64,000 bases of DNA. It comes from Bacteroidota bacterium (GTDB lineage: Bacteria > Bacteroidota > Bacteroidia > Bacteroidales > JACABE01). The stretch spans positions 100,522-164,521 of the forward strand of contig JAPLDQ010000036.1 of NCBI GenBank assembly GCA_026391675.1, read 5' to 3'. A model generated the notes under the pieces. The model made no database searches, was not told the DNA's origin, and worked only from the letters and a program-made list of their open reading frames with translations. Positions 38,901 to 48,675 of the stretch are shown here, in pieces (positions within the stretch are counted from its first letter, which is position 1; the number at the start of each line of letters is the position of its first letter). A program made the position numbers and the translations under genes.

Positions 38901-41508
38901 TTTTACTGCTGATAAAGAAAAATATAATGTTGGTGAGAAAGTAAAAATAAGCATTCCTACATCTGCCAATGGCAGAGCCTTACTCACGCTGGAAACAGGT
39001 TCAAAAGTCCTGAAGTCATTCTGGATTCCGACAAAACAGGGAAATACAGATTTTGTATTCGATGTAACTGAAGATATGGCACCTAATTGTTATGCCTATG
39101 TAACGCTGATTCAACCTCATGCACAAACTGTAAACGATTTACCAATCCGTTTGTATGGTGTTATTCCGATACTGGTCGAAAATCCAAATACACATCTTTA
39201 TCCTGTTATTACGATGAAAGATGTATTATTACCTGAGCAGAATGCTTCCATCACAGTAAAAGAACAAAAGGGAAAACCTATGACCTATACTCTGGCAATA
39301 GTTGATGAAGGATTACTTGACTTAACCCGTTTCAAAACACCAAATCCATGGCTGGCATTTTATGCCCGTGAAGCGTTGGGAATTAAAACCTGGGACTTGT
39401 TTGATCTTGTAATGGGTGCATATACCGGCGAATTACAGCGTATATTAAGCATAGGTGGTGATGGTGAAGGATTAAACAAAGGAAGTTTAAAAGCCAATCG
39501 CTTTATTCCAATGGTAAAATTTCTGGGACCATTCCAGTTAGCAAAAGGACAATCAAAAACCCATACTTTTAAAATGCCGCAATATATTGGCTCCGTTCGT
39601 GTAATGGTTGTTGCCGGCGATAACGGTAATTATGGCTGTGCCGAAAAAGCTGTTGCTGTCCGTAAACCATTAATGGTACTGGGTACATTGCCAAGAGTAG
39701 TAGGACCGGGTGAAACAGTTAAACTTCCTGTCAGCGTATTTGCAATGGAAAAATCAGTTCGTAATGTTAATGTACAGATTGTAACTGATAATATGTTTAC
39801 CATTATCGGAGGAAATTCACGCAGTTTAACTTTTAAAAATCCAGGTGATGAAATGCTGAATTTTGAACTGAAAGTTAAAGAACTGATTGGTGTTGGGAAA
39901 ATAAAAATTATTGCCAGCAGCGGAAACCAGAAAGCTGTTCATGAAATTGAAATTGATATCAGAAATCCAAATCCTAAAGTTACCGATGTAGTTGAAAGTA
40001 TTATTGAAGGTGGTAAAACCTGGAATGCAAATTACCAGCTAATTGGCATGCAGGGAACAAATAAAGCAGTACTTGAAGTATCTTCAGTTCCTCCTTTAAA
40101 TCTTGAAAAACGGCTTGATTATTTGATTGCTTATCCTCACGGATGTATTGAGCAAACCACTTCTTCCGTATTTCCTCAGTTATATCTGGCTGATCTGGTT
40201 GATTTAACGACAAATCAAAAACAAAGGATTGAGCAAAATATTAAAGCTGCCATTCAGAAATTAAAATCATTCCAGCTGAACAATGGCGGATTGGGCTATT
40301 GGCAGGGTGCAGAATATGCCGATGACTGGGGAAGCAATTATGCCGGACATTTTCTGCTCGAAGCTGAATTAAAAGGTTATCAGTTGCCCATTGGGTTTAT
40401 TACTGCATGGAAAAAATACCAGAAACAAAAAGCAGTTTCCTGGGCTGTAAATGCAACATATTATAATGACGACCTTGTACAGGCTTATCGTTTATACACG
40501 CTGGCACTGGCAAAATCACCCGAATTAGGTGCTATGAATAAACTCTATGAGTATAAGAATTTATCGTTGGCCGCACGCTGGCAACTTGCAGCTGCATATC
40601 AACTGGTAGGTAAATCTGAAGTTGCCAAAGCATTGATAGCAAATGCCAATATTTATATAAAACCTTATCGTGAACTTTGGTACACTTATGGTTCAGATGT
40701 GAGAGACAAGGCAATGATTGTACAAACTTTATGCCTGATGAATCAAAAAGCCAAATCAGCTCCTCTGGTTCGTGAAATATCATCGCTGCTTTGCAAAGAA
40801 TACTGGATGAGTACACAGGAAACAGCTTACAGTTTACTTGCCGTTTCCAGATTTATCGGCTCTTCTTCCGGTTCAGGCGTTAATATTACTTATAATAATG
40901 ACGGAGGTCAGAACATAAATATTCAAAGTAAAAAAGCAATTGCCAAAGCTGAAATAAGCATCAAACAGAACATCAAAAAAGGGAAAGTTCAGTTGACCAA
41001 TAATGGTAAAAATGTTTTATATGCACGTATCATCACCCAGGGTATTCCTGCTACAGGAGATAACACTTCTGTACAGAATAATTTAAGAATGACCGTGGAA
41101 TATAAAAGCATGAGTGGTGTCCGGATTAATCCTGCAAAATCAGAGCAGGGAACAAATTTTGTTGTTGAGGTAACAGTATCAAATCCCGGATTCAGAGGTG
41201 TTTATAAACAACTGGCATTAACGCAAATATTTCCTTCAGGCTGGGAAATTTTCAATGCCCGCATGAGTGAAATGGCTAAGTCAAATACAAACGCTTCTTA
41301 TTTTACTTATCAGGATATCCGCGACGACAGGGTTTATACCTATTTTGATCTGAATCCCAATCAGTCAAAATCATTTAAAATTATGCTTAATCCAAGTTAT
41401 TTAGGCAAATTCTATCTGCCAACCATAAGCTGCGAAGCCATGTACGACAATACTATTAATGCACGTATTGCAGGAAATTGGGTGGAAGTTGTAAACAGCG
41501 GGAAGTAA
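35938..41508 (+). CDS. bacterial alpha-2-macroglobulin family protein, thioester-containing
   Basis: 1856 aa with an N-terminal TM helix and repeated MG-type beta domains. Intact thioester motif GCIEQ at 40141..40155, followed by the alpha-helical TED region. Confidence 0.9.
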   Translation: MKKRTIQIAATVITVVVFAFVVYKIATQKHHFKRVNPAFKEYVQAFTSGVVSTHTTVKIRLTNDYADSSLFGMPISEKLFSFKPAIQGKATWIDSRTIEFRPESKLPPKKFYEAEFYLSKLIKVPDSIKTLEFQFQTMQQDYEITVENHKAYNKAVLSCEKLYGTLHTADIAEDVQIEKVLTAVQDNKQLKVSWVHDAQKKVHYFQVDSIKRGNKKSFVTLTYKGKPIEAKTKGEKAIEIPALGDFKLLNVRLVQGTEQYILAQFSDPLLENQNLEGLIKLAKSMDLRYAIEDNELRIYPPIKKTGEATLSIESTVRNINGDNLGISVNEDITFEDTKPNIRFIGNGVIMPSSNGLMLPFEAVNLKAVDIKITKIYENNIVQFLQVNDLSGQRELARVGKTVLKKTIPLNNVTDYGKWNRFSIDLSHLIKTEPGAIYTVRLSFKKDYSSYPCEGVSDIKQEVDLVTWNDDNEREDGWYYENEYYDDYYDEDGYYYYNWDEREDPCKKSYYNDKAITRNVLASDLGIIAKAGNSGNINVYVTNLVDTKPVSNVSIEFYDYQQQLLGTVKTNDDGMAEIKLKRRPFVLIAKKDEQRAYLKMIEGSSLSLSMFDVSGEAVQKGLKGFIYGERGVWRPGDSLYLTFILEDKEKRLPENHPVSFDLVNPNGQVVRRMIRTASVNGFYDFRTATERNAPTGNWQAKIKVGGVEFQKNLKIETVKPNRLKINFGFGKEYIAKNDKTKGMLEAHWLTGATARNLKATVNLTLTKTSTVFKKYPNYIFDNPTSGFSSENITIFNGNLDETGKATVNPDINISTAAPGMLKANFETTVFEAGGDFSVDRFTLPYYPYQSYAGVSVPQNPNNDRMLYTDKAYSINLLNLDFNGNIVPSNKLKVELYKIEWRWWWDNSESGSQADFISTSYSQLRDTATIATTGGRATYKLNVPRDNWGRYLIKVTDQKSGHSCGKVVYIDWYGYTRTPNGEKQAATMLTFTADKEKYNVGEKVKISIPTSANGRALLTLETGSKVLKSFWIPTKQGNTDFVFDVTEDMAPNCYAYVTLIQPHAQTVNDLPIRLYGVIPILVENPNTHLYPVITMKDVLLPEQNASITVKEQKGKPMTYTLAIVDEGLLDLTRFKTPNPWLAFYAREALGIKTWDLFDLVMGAYTGELQRILSIGGDGEGLNKGSLKANRFIPMVKFLGPFQLAKGQSKTHTFKMPQYIGSVRVMVVAGDNGNYGCAEKAVAVRKPLMVLGTLPRVVGPGETVKLPVSVFAMEKSVRNVNVQIVTDNMFTIIGGNSRSLTFKNPGDEMLNFELKVKELIGVGKIKIIASSGNQKAVHEIEIDIRNPNPKVTDVVESIIEGGKTWNANYQLIGMQGTNKAVLEVSSVPPLNLEKRLDYLIAYPHGCIEQTTSSVFPQLYLADLVDLTTNQKQRIEQNIKAAIQKLKSFQLNNGGLGYWQGAEYADDWGSNYAGHFLLEAELKGYQLPIGFITAWKKYQKQKAVSWAVNATYYNDDLVQAYRLYTLALAKSPELGAMNKLYEYKNLSLAARWQLAAAYQLVGKSEVAKALIANANIYIKPYRELWYTYGSDVRDKAMIVQTLCLMNQKAKSAPLVREISSLLCKEYWMSTQETAYSLLAVSRFIGSSSGSGVNITYNNDGGQNINIQSKKAIAKAEISIKQNIKKGKVQLTNNGKNVLYARIITQGIPATGDNTSVQNNLRMTVEYKSMSGVRINPAKSEQGTNFVVEVTVSNPGFRGVYKQLALTQIFPSGWEIFNARMSEMAKSNTNASYFTYQDIRDDRVYTYFDLNPNQSKSFKIMLNPSYLGKFYLPTISCEAMYDNTINARIAGNWVEVVNSGK

Positions 41509-41515
41509 ATTATTA

Positions 41516-41552
41516 TTAAATCTGCCGGATATTAAAAATCCGGCAGATTTAA
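41516..41552 (+). other. 15-bp perfect hairpin in the 57-nt A2M-pbpC spacer
   Basis: TTAAATCTGCCGGAT-ATTAAAA-ATCCGGCAGATTTAA, with no U-tract after it. pbpC starts 14 nt downstream. Confidence 0.7.
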
Positions 41553-41565
41553 CAAAAGAAATGAA

Positions 41566-43947
41566 GTGAAAAAATTTCTTAAGTTTTTCAATACAAAAAA
41601 GAAAAAAATCTGGCTTGCTTTTATAGCCATATTATTGATTTTCTTTTGGTTTTCTTTGCCAAAACCATTGTTTAAAGAACCCAATTCTTCTGTTTTACGT
41701 GATAAAAACGGGGAATTATTAGGTGCAAAAATTGCTCCCGACGGACAATGGCGCTTCCCTGAAACAACTAAAGTACCTGATAAATTTGCCAAAGCCATTA
41801 TTCAGTTTGAAGACAAGCATTTCTATTATCATCCTGGCTTTAATCCTGTTTCGATGTTCAGGGCGTTTATACAGAATATTAAAAAAAGAAAAGTTGTTAG
41901 TGGTGGGAGTACCATTAGCATGCAAGTTATCAGGCTCTCGCGGCAACATAATAACAGAAGCATTTACGAAAAAATTGTTGAAACCATACTTGCCATGCGG
42001 CTTGAATTAACGCACAGCAAAAGTGAAATTTTACGGTTGTATGCATCTCATGCTCCTTTCGGAAGTAATGTTGTAGGTATTGATGCAGCTGCCTGGCGGT
42101 ATTTTGGTGTAAGTGCCGATAACCTGTCATGGGCAGAAATTGCTACACTTGCTGTTTTACCGAATAGTCCGGCATTGATTTATCCCGGCAAAAATCACAA
42201 CAAGCTTTTTCAAAAACGAAATCGTCTGCTGGATAAATTATTTCAGAAAGGAATTATTGATAAAACGACTTGCGAGCTTTCAAAAAATGAAGCATTACCT
42301 GAAAAGCCTTTTTCACTTCCTCAACTGGCACCTCATCTATTGGAAAGAGCTGTAAATGAAGGAAAAAACGGACAGAATATTCAATCAACACTCGATATTC
42401 ATTTACAGGAAAATGTAAACGAAATTATTTCAATACATCATCGTCAGTTAGCGGCTAATGAAATACATAATGCTGCAGCCCTGGTCCTGGATGTGAATAC
42501 AGGAAATGTACTGGCATATACCGCAAATACATCATCCGAAAAAGGGAAAGATTTTGGAAATGATGTGGATATTATTACTTCAGCCCGGAGTACAGGCAGT
42601 ATTTTAAAGCCTTACCTCTATGCAGCCATGTTAAATGACGGTTTAATTTTACCAACCACTTTGGTACCTGACGTTCCCATGCAAATCGGAGGTTTTGTTC
42701 CTGAAAATTATAATTTAACCTATGATGGTGCTGTTCCTGCCAAACAAGCCTTATCACGTTCGCTTAATATTCCTGCAGTTAAAATGCTGCAAACCTATGG
42801 TGTGGAGCAGTTTTATACTTTATTGAAAAAGATTGGTTCAACAACGCTTACCAAACCATCCTCACACTATGGCCTGTCGCTTATTTTAGGCGGTGGTGAA
42901 GCAAAGCTCTGGGATTTAGCAGGAATGTATGCTTCTATGGCACGCACACTGAATCATTATTCTGAATATCAGGGGAAATATAATAAGGCAGATTTTCATC
43001 CACCCTTTTATATTAAAACACAAAATGCTGAAGAAAAGAAAACGCTGGAAAATTCATCCTATCTTGATGCAGCATCAATATGGCTGGCATTTGAAGCTAT
43101 GGTAGAAGTTTCCCGACCAGATGAGGAGCTGCAATGGCAACAATTTTCCTCATCAGCGAGGATTGCTTGGAAAACTGGAACGAGTTTTGGCAACCGCGAT
43201 GCATGGTCAATTGGTGTTACACCTGATTATGTTGTGGCTGTATGGGTTGGAAACGCTTCAGGAGAAGGTCGCCCCGGCCTGATTGGACTGGGTTGTGCAG
43301 CTCCCATCTTGTTTGATATTTTTAAAGTAATTAAACCACGGAACTGGTTTACAATGCCTGAAAGCGAAATGAGTGAAATACCGGTCTGCAAATACAGCGG
43401 TTACAGAGCATCACCAATTTGCGAAGAAACAACTAAAATCTGGGTTCCAAAAAAAGGCCTGAAAACTCAGACTTGTCCTTTCCATCAGATGGTTCATCTG
43501 GATAAGAGCGGTAAATGGCAGGTAAATTCCAATTGTGAATCAACTGACAATATGCAGCACCTTTCCTGGTTTGTTCTGCCTCCGGTAATGGAATGGTATT
43601 TTAAAAGCAAAAATCCGTTTTATAAAGTATTGCCTCCGTTTCGATCTGATTGTATTTCAGCAAATGAATGCCGTTCCATGGAAATGATTTATCCTGCCAA
43701 TAACAGCAAAATTTATATTCCTGTTGATTTAGGTGGCAAACCGGGAAGTACAGTATTTAAATTAGCCCACCGTAATCCGCAAAATCTGGTGTACTGGCAT
43801 TTGGATGGTGTTTTTATTGGTTCTACCACTCAGTTTCACCAAATAGCTTTAGCACCCGAAGCAGGTATGCACCGGCTCACGCTTGTTGACCAAAAAGGAG
43901 AAGTTTTATGCGTAAATTTTGAAATTATGAATAAAAGGAAAGAATAA
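41566..43947 (+). CDS. pbpC: penicillin-binding protein 1C (bifunctional transglycosylase/transpeptidase)
   Basis: GT51 motifs EDKHFYYHPG and RLSRQ, transpeptidase SxxK (STGSILKP), and a PbpC-type C-terminal domain. GTG start at 41566. Classic A2M-pbpC pairing. Confidence 0.9.
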   Translation: MKKFLKFFNTKKKKIWLAFIAILLIFFWFSLPKPLFKEPNSSVLRDKNGELLGAKIAPDGQWRFPETTKVPDKFAKAIIQFEDKHFYYHPGFNPVSMFRAFIQNIKKRKVVSGGSTISMQVIRLSRQHNNRSIYEKIVETILAMRLELTHSKSEILRLYASHAPFGSNVVGIDAAAWRYFGVSADNLSWAEIATLAVLPNSPALIYPGKNHNKLFQKRNRLLDKLFQKGIIDKTTCELSKNEALPEKPFSLPQLAPHLLERAVNEGKNGQNIQSTLDIHLQENVNEIISIHHRQLAANEIHNAAALVLDVNTGNVLAYTANTSSEKGKDFGNDVDIITSARSTGSILKPYLYAAMLNDGLILPTTLVPDVPMQIGGFVPENYNLTYDGAVPAKQALSRSLNIPAVKMLQTYGVEQFYTLLKKIGSTTLTKPSSHYGLSLILGGGEAKLWDLAGMYASMARTLNHYSEYQGKYNKADFHPPFYIKTQNAEEKKTLENSSYLDAASIWLAFEAMVEVSRPDEELQWQQFSSSARIAWKTGTSFGNRDAWSIGVTPDYVVAVWVGNASGEGRPGLIGLGCAAPILFDIFKVIKPRNWFTMPESEMSEIPVCKYSGYRASPICEETTKIWVPKKGLKTQTCPFHQMVHLDKSGKWQVNSNCESTDNMQHLSWFVLPPVMEWYFKSKNPFYKVLPPFRSDCISANECRSMEMIYPANNSKIYIPVDLGGKPGSTVFKLAHRNPQNLVYWHLDGVFIGSTTQFHQIALAPEAGMHRLTLVDQKGEVLCVNFEIMNKRKE

Positions 43948-44014
43948 ATTTAAACGCTTAAGTTAAAAGTTTATAAAGTATCGGTAAGAATAAAATTAAT
44001 CCCCTTATCTTTTG

Positions 44015-44022
44015 TATTTTTG
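44015..44022 (+). promoter_or_regulatory. Bacteroidota -7 box for nadB
   Basis: TATTTTTG, 22 nt upstream of ATG 44045. Confidence 0.45.
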
Positions 44023-44044
44023 TAATCTAATATTACTGTCATAC

Positions 44045-45613
44045 ATGAGAAAGAAAGTTGATTTTTTAGTTATCGGTTCAGGTATTGCCGGTTTAAGTTT
44101 TGCCATCAAAGTAGCAGATTATGGTAAGGTTTGTATAATAACAAAGGCTAATGCCGAAGAAAGTTCTACCAAATATGCTCAGGGTGGCATTGCAGCTGTT
44201 ATGTATACTCCGGATACTTACGAAAAACACATTAAAGATACTATGATAGCCGGTGATGAGCTGTCAGATGAGAAAATTGTAAGGATTACCATTACTGAAT
44301 CTACTGAAAGGGTAAAGGAACTTATAGAATGGGGTGCAAATTTTGATAAGAATGCATCAGGTATGTATGATCTTGCCAAGGAAGGCGGACATTCTGAGTT
44401 CAGAGTCTTACATCATAAAGATAATACCGGAAATGAAATTGAAAGAGCCTTAATTGCAAAAGTAAAAAACCATCCCAATATTGAAATTTTAGAGAACCAT
44501 TTTACTGTTGATATTATTACTCAGCATCATTTAGGTATAGAAGTAACCCGGAGAACAAATGACATCCGCTGTTATGGTGCTTATGTTTTAAATGAAAGCA
44601 CCAACGAAATTGATACTTATTTATCTAAAGTTACTTTGATTGCTACAGGAGGAAATGGTAATGTTTACAATACCACTACCAATCCGGCCATATCAACCGG
44701 TGATGGCATTTCTATGGTTTACAGAGCCAAAGGAAAGGTTGAAAACATGGAATTTATTCAGTTTCACCCTACTTCATTATATAATCCCCACGAAAAGCCT
44801 TCTTTCCTGATAACAGAGGCATTAAGAGGCTTTGGAGCAACACTGAAAACGCATGCCGGCAAAGAATTTATGCAAAAATATGATGAAAGGGGCTCTCTGG
44901 CTTCCCGCGATATCGTTGCCCGTGCTATCGACAGCGAAATGAAAATCAATGGCTGGGATTATGTTTATCTGGATGCCAGACATCTTGAAAAACATAAACT
45001 GATACAGGAGTTTCCAACTATTTATGCGAAATGCCTGAGTATTGGTTTAGATATTACACGTGATATGATACCAGTAGTTCCTGCGGCTCATTATAATTGC
45101 GGTGGTATTAAAGTGGATGAATGGGGACGAAGTTCCATTGCTAATTTATATGCTTCAGGCGAATGTGCCTCAACCGGATTGCATGGAGCAAACAGGCTTG
45201 CCTCTAATTCATTGCTTGAATCGCTTGTTTTTTCTAACAGAGCAAGCACTGATGCCTTAAATAACTATAATAATATTAGCTATTGTGATGAAATTCCTGA
45301 CTGGAATGCAGAAGGCATGGTACTCAACGAAGAAATGGTGCTTATTACACAATCACTAAAAGAGTTACAATTGATAATGTCCAATTATGTGGGAATTGTC
45401 AGGTCAAACCTGCGTTTGCAACGAGCCTTTGACCGGTTGGAGCTATTATATCAGGAAACTGAAGATTTGTATGATAAATCAATACTTACAACCAAACTTT
45501 GCGAACTGAGAAATTTAATCAACATCGGCTACCTGATTATTAAAATGGCGATGGATCGTAAAGAAAGTATAGGCTTACATTATTCAATAGATTACCCGAG
45601 AGTTAGAAAATAG
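44045..45613 (+). CDS. nadB: L-aspartate oxidase
   Basis: FAD motif VIGSGIAGLS and the AAHYNCGGI and HGANRLASNSLLE motifs. ATG at 44045 (track start is TTG 44012), 23 nt after a TAnnTTTG box. Confidence 0.9.
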   Translation: MRKKVDFLVIGSGIAGLSFAIKVADYGKVCIITKANAEESSTKYAQGGIAAVMYTPDTYEKHIKDTMIAGDELSDEKIVRITITESTERVKELIEWGANFDKNASGMYDLAKEGGHSEFRVLHHKDNTGNEIERALIAKVKNHPNIEILENHFTVDIITQHHLGIEVTRRTNDIRCYGAYVLNESTNEIDTYLSKVTLIATGGNGNVYNTTTNPAISTGDGISMVYRAKGKVENMEFIQFHPTSLYNPHEKPSFLITEALRGFGATLKTHAGKEFMQKYDERGSLASRDIVARAIDSEMKINGWDYVYLDARHLEKHKLIQEFPTIYAKCLSIGLDITRDMIPVVPAAHYNCGGIKVDEWGRSSIANLYASGECASTGLHGANRLASNSLLESLVFSNRASTDALNNYNNISYCDEIPDWNAEGMVLNEEMVLITQSLKELQLIMSNYVGIVRSNLRLQRAFDRLELLYQETEDLYDKSILTTKLCELRNLINIGYLIIKMAMDRKESIGLHYSIDYPRVRK

Positions 45614-45643
45614 TTAATGGTTTATTTTTAATAAATAGAATAT

Positions 45644-46291
45644 ATGAAAAAATTTGCTGTAATTATATCAGGATGCGGTGTATTTGACGGTACTGAAATC
45701 CATGAAGCTGTACTTTCATTATTAGCCATAGTTAAAAACGGTGGAACCTATTCTATTTTTGCACCGGATATCGAACAACACCATGTTGTCAATCATTTAA
45801 CCGGAAAATCAGTCGATGAAAAGCGTAATGTTCTGATTGAATCAGCGCGAATAGCCAGAGGAAAAATACAGCCTTTATCTGACTTTGATGCAGTACAATT
45901 TGATGCGTTACTATTACCGGGTGGTTTTGGTGCTGCTAAAAATCTATGTGATTATGCTTTTAAAGGAGCTGATTGTGAAGTAAACCCTGAGGTTGAAAAA
46001 GCAATTTCTGCTATGGTTGCAGCCAATAAACCAGTTGGTGCGTTGTGCATTGCACCTGTTATTTTTGCTAAAATCCTTAAAAATGTAGATGTTACTATAG
46101 GAAATGATGCGCAAACGGCTAAGGATATTGAAAAGATGCAGGCACATCATTTTAAAACCGAACATGGCGAAGTCATAAAAGATACAAAACTTAAAGTGTT
46201 CTCAACACCATGCTATATGCTGGATGCAAATATTTTACAAATAGCTGAAGGTGCTGAAAATATAGTTAAGGCTATGATAAACAGCTTATAA
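45644..46291 (+). CDS. elbB: ElbB-type DJ-1/PfpI-family glyoxalase
   Basis: The N-terminus MKKFAVIISGCGVFDGTEIHEAVLSLLAI closely matches the ElbB signature. Nucleophile Cys lies in GALCIAP. Confidence 0.8.
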   Translation: MKKFAVIISGCGVFDGTEIHEAVLSLLAIVKNGGTYSIFAPDIEQHHVVNHLTGKSVDEKRNVLIESARIARGKIQPLSDFDAVQFDALLLPGGFGAAKNLCDYAFKGADCEVNPEVEKAISAMVAANKPVGALCIAPVIFAKILKNVDVTIGNDAQTAKDIEKMQAHHFKTEHGEVIKDTKLKVFSTPCYMLDANILQIAEGAENIVKAMINSL

Positions 46292-46301
46292 AGTTGAAAA
46301 G

Positions 46302-48665
46302 TTGAAAGTTTATAAAGGTAAAAATCCCACGGTTTTGAGAATTATATGTTTAGTTTGGACTCTGTTATTTTCTTTGTTTGTCAATATTGCATATTCCCAA
46401 TCCCATGACTATGTTTTTGTTAGAAATAACAGCACAATAGTAAAAGACAGTTCAGGAATTACAATGCAATTCCCATGGGCAGGCGGATTCAACAGTCCGC
46501 AATTTTCTGCCATTGACCTCAATGCCGACGGTATCAAGGATTTATTTGTATTTGATAAAATCGGGAATCGTATTTCTTGTTTTATAAACAATGGAATTGC
46601 AAATTCAGTAAGCTATACATTTGCTCCTGAATATGCCTTTTATTTCCCTCCGATGATAAGTTGGGTGCAACTTATCGATTATAATAACGATGGCAAGGAA
46701 GATATTTTCACCTATTCCAATGGAGGAATTAAAGTATTTAAAAATTATTCAACCACATATTTATTTTTTAAACAGTACAAAAATCCAATTATGTCATCCT
46801 ACAATGGAAATTACACTAACCTGTTCTGCCTTTCTGAAGATTACCCTGCCATAGTTGATATTGATAATGACGGAGACCTTGATATACTAAACTTCAGCGT
46901 TTTAGGAAAATATGTAAATTACCATAAGAATCTTTCTATGGAAAACTATGGTAATGCTGATTCTTTGGTTTTTAAACTGTCTGATGAAAGCTGGGGTTGT
47001 TTTGCTGAAAGTGAAGCTTCAAATGTGTTGAAACTTGACAGTTGTTTCCATAGCACAAAAACTTTTGAAATTGATGAAAAAAGTATACCTAAACATTCAG
47101 GTTCAACATTATTAGCTGCTGATTTAAACGGAGATGGGCTAAAAGATCTGATTATAGGAGATGTTGATTATGCCAATCTTATCAAACTTACAAATGGTGG
47201 TACTTACGACACTGCCCATATTACAGCACAGGATACCAATTTCCCTTCAAACACAAACAAAGTCTGGTTGTATTCTTTTCCTTCAGCTCAATACCTGGAT
47301 GTAAATAACGATGGTAAAAAAGATCTTATCGTTTCTCCTTATGATGCCAACTTAACTACATCTGAAAATTATAAAAGCTGTTGGTATTATAAAAATACCG
47401 GAACAAATACAAATCCTGTTTTTCAGTTTCAAACAGAAGATTTTTTGCAGCACGATATGATAGACGTTGGAACCGGAGCTTATCCAGTATTATTTGATTT
47501 TGATAATGATGGTTTGAAGGATTTATTTGTAAGCAATATCGGCTATCGTGATACATCTTATCTGATAAACGGGGCTTTGCATTCTGATTTTGTCTCCAAA
47601 ATTGCTTTATATAAAAACACAGGAACTGCAACTTCACCGGCATTTAAGCTGATTACAAGGGATTTTGCCCATATATCCGCATTAAAATTAATAGCTGCAT
47701 TTATCACATTTGGTGATATCAATAATGATGGTAAAGCAGAAATGATTGTTGGAAATTCCGATGGTAAACTCTATTTGTTTGTAAACAACGGCACACTGTC
47801 CAATCCGAATTTTGTATTGAGCCAAACCAGCTACCAGAACATAGATGCAGGTGATTACAGCACACCTCAGCTTTTCGATCTGGATAAAGATGGCTTATTG
47901 GATTTGATTATCGGAGAACGTCAGCACTTTTGGAAAGATGCATCCAACAATATCATTGCCAGAAAAGGAAACCTGAATTATTACAGAAATACCGGGACAC
48001 TCTCCAATCCAATCTTTAGCTTTATTACAGACAGTTTGGGCGGTATAGATGTTACCAATTACACTGTTTCCAATTATGGCTTTAGTACGCCCTGTTTTTT
48101 CAGAACTTCATCCGGAGAAACACGATTAATCGTTGGCAATGAAGATGCTAAGTTATTTTATTATAAAAATATTGACAATAATCTGAACGGTAAATTTACA
48201 CTGTCTGATACCCTTATTCATGTTGCTAATTATGCTGTACATCAGATTGCAGAAGGAAGCCGTTCTGCTGCTGCCATTGCTGATTTGGATAATGACGGTT
48301 ATCAGGATATCATAGTGGGTAATGCGGCAGGCGGACTGGCGTATTACAAAGGAAGCCCGCTGAATATTTTAAGTGCAAATGATAACAATTTCGATAAACC
48401 CAAAAATTTTCATATTTTTCCTAATCCCGCCAGTACAAATATCACATTAATACCGGTTAATCTTGATGTAGAAAGTTCTGCTGAACTTGAAATTACAGAT
48501 ATGTATGGGAAATTAATTTTTAAAGATAGTTATAATAATACAGATAAAATTAATATTTCAGTTGCTGCCTTCAGAAATGGCATATATTTATGCAATATCA
48601 AAACTTTTAAGGACAGAAATATAGGATTATCAAGTCAAACCGAACGATTTATTGTAATGCATTAA
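46302..48665 (+). CDS. FG-GAP/VCBS-repeat protein with T9SS type-A C-terminal sorting domain
   Basis: Repeated D.N.DG..D calcium-binding loops (DLNADGIKDL, DIDNDGDLDI and others). C-terminal FHIFPNPASTNITLI...IYLCNIK sorting domain. TTG start as given in the track. Confidence 0.8.
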   Translation: MKVYKGKNPTVLRIICLVWTLLFSLFVNIAYSQSHDYVFVRNNSTIVKDSSGITMQFPWAGGFNSPQFSAIDLNADGIKDLFVFDKIGNRISCFINNGIANSVSYTFAPEYAFYFPPMISWVQLIDYNNDGKEDIFTYSNGGIKVFKNYSTTYLFFKQYKNPIMSSYNGNYTNLFCLSEDYPAIVDIDNDGDLDILNFSVLGKYVNYHKNLSMENYGNADSLVFKLSDESWGCFAESEASNVLKLDSCFHSTKTFEIDEKSIPKHSGSTLLAADLNGDGLKDLIIGDVDYANLIKLTNGGTYDTAHITAQDTNFPSNTNKVWLYSFPSAQYLDVNNDGKKDLIVSPYDANLTTSENYKSCWYYKNTGTNTNPVFQFQTEDFLQHDMIDVGTGAYPVLFDFDNDGLKDLFVSNIGYRDTSYLINGALHSDFVSKIALYKNTGTATSPAFKLITRDFAHISALKLIAAFITFGDINNDGKAEMIVGNSDGKLYLFVNNGTLSNPNFVLSQTSYQNIDAGDYSTPQLFDLDKDGLLDLIIGERQHFWKDASNNIIARKGNLNYYRNTGTLSNPIFSFITDSLGGIDVTNYTVSNYGFSTPCFFRTSSGETRLIVGNEDAKLFYYKNIDNNLNGKFTLSDTLIHVANYAVHQIAEGSRSAAAIADLDNDGYQDIIVGNAAGGLAYYKGSPLNILSANDNNFDKPKNFHIFPNPASTNITLIPVNLDVESSAELEITDMYGKLIFKDSYNNTDKINISVAAFRNGIYLCNIKTFKDRNIGLSSQTERFIVMH

Positions 48666-48675
48666 AAGGCCCAAT

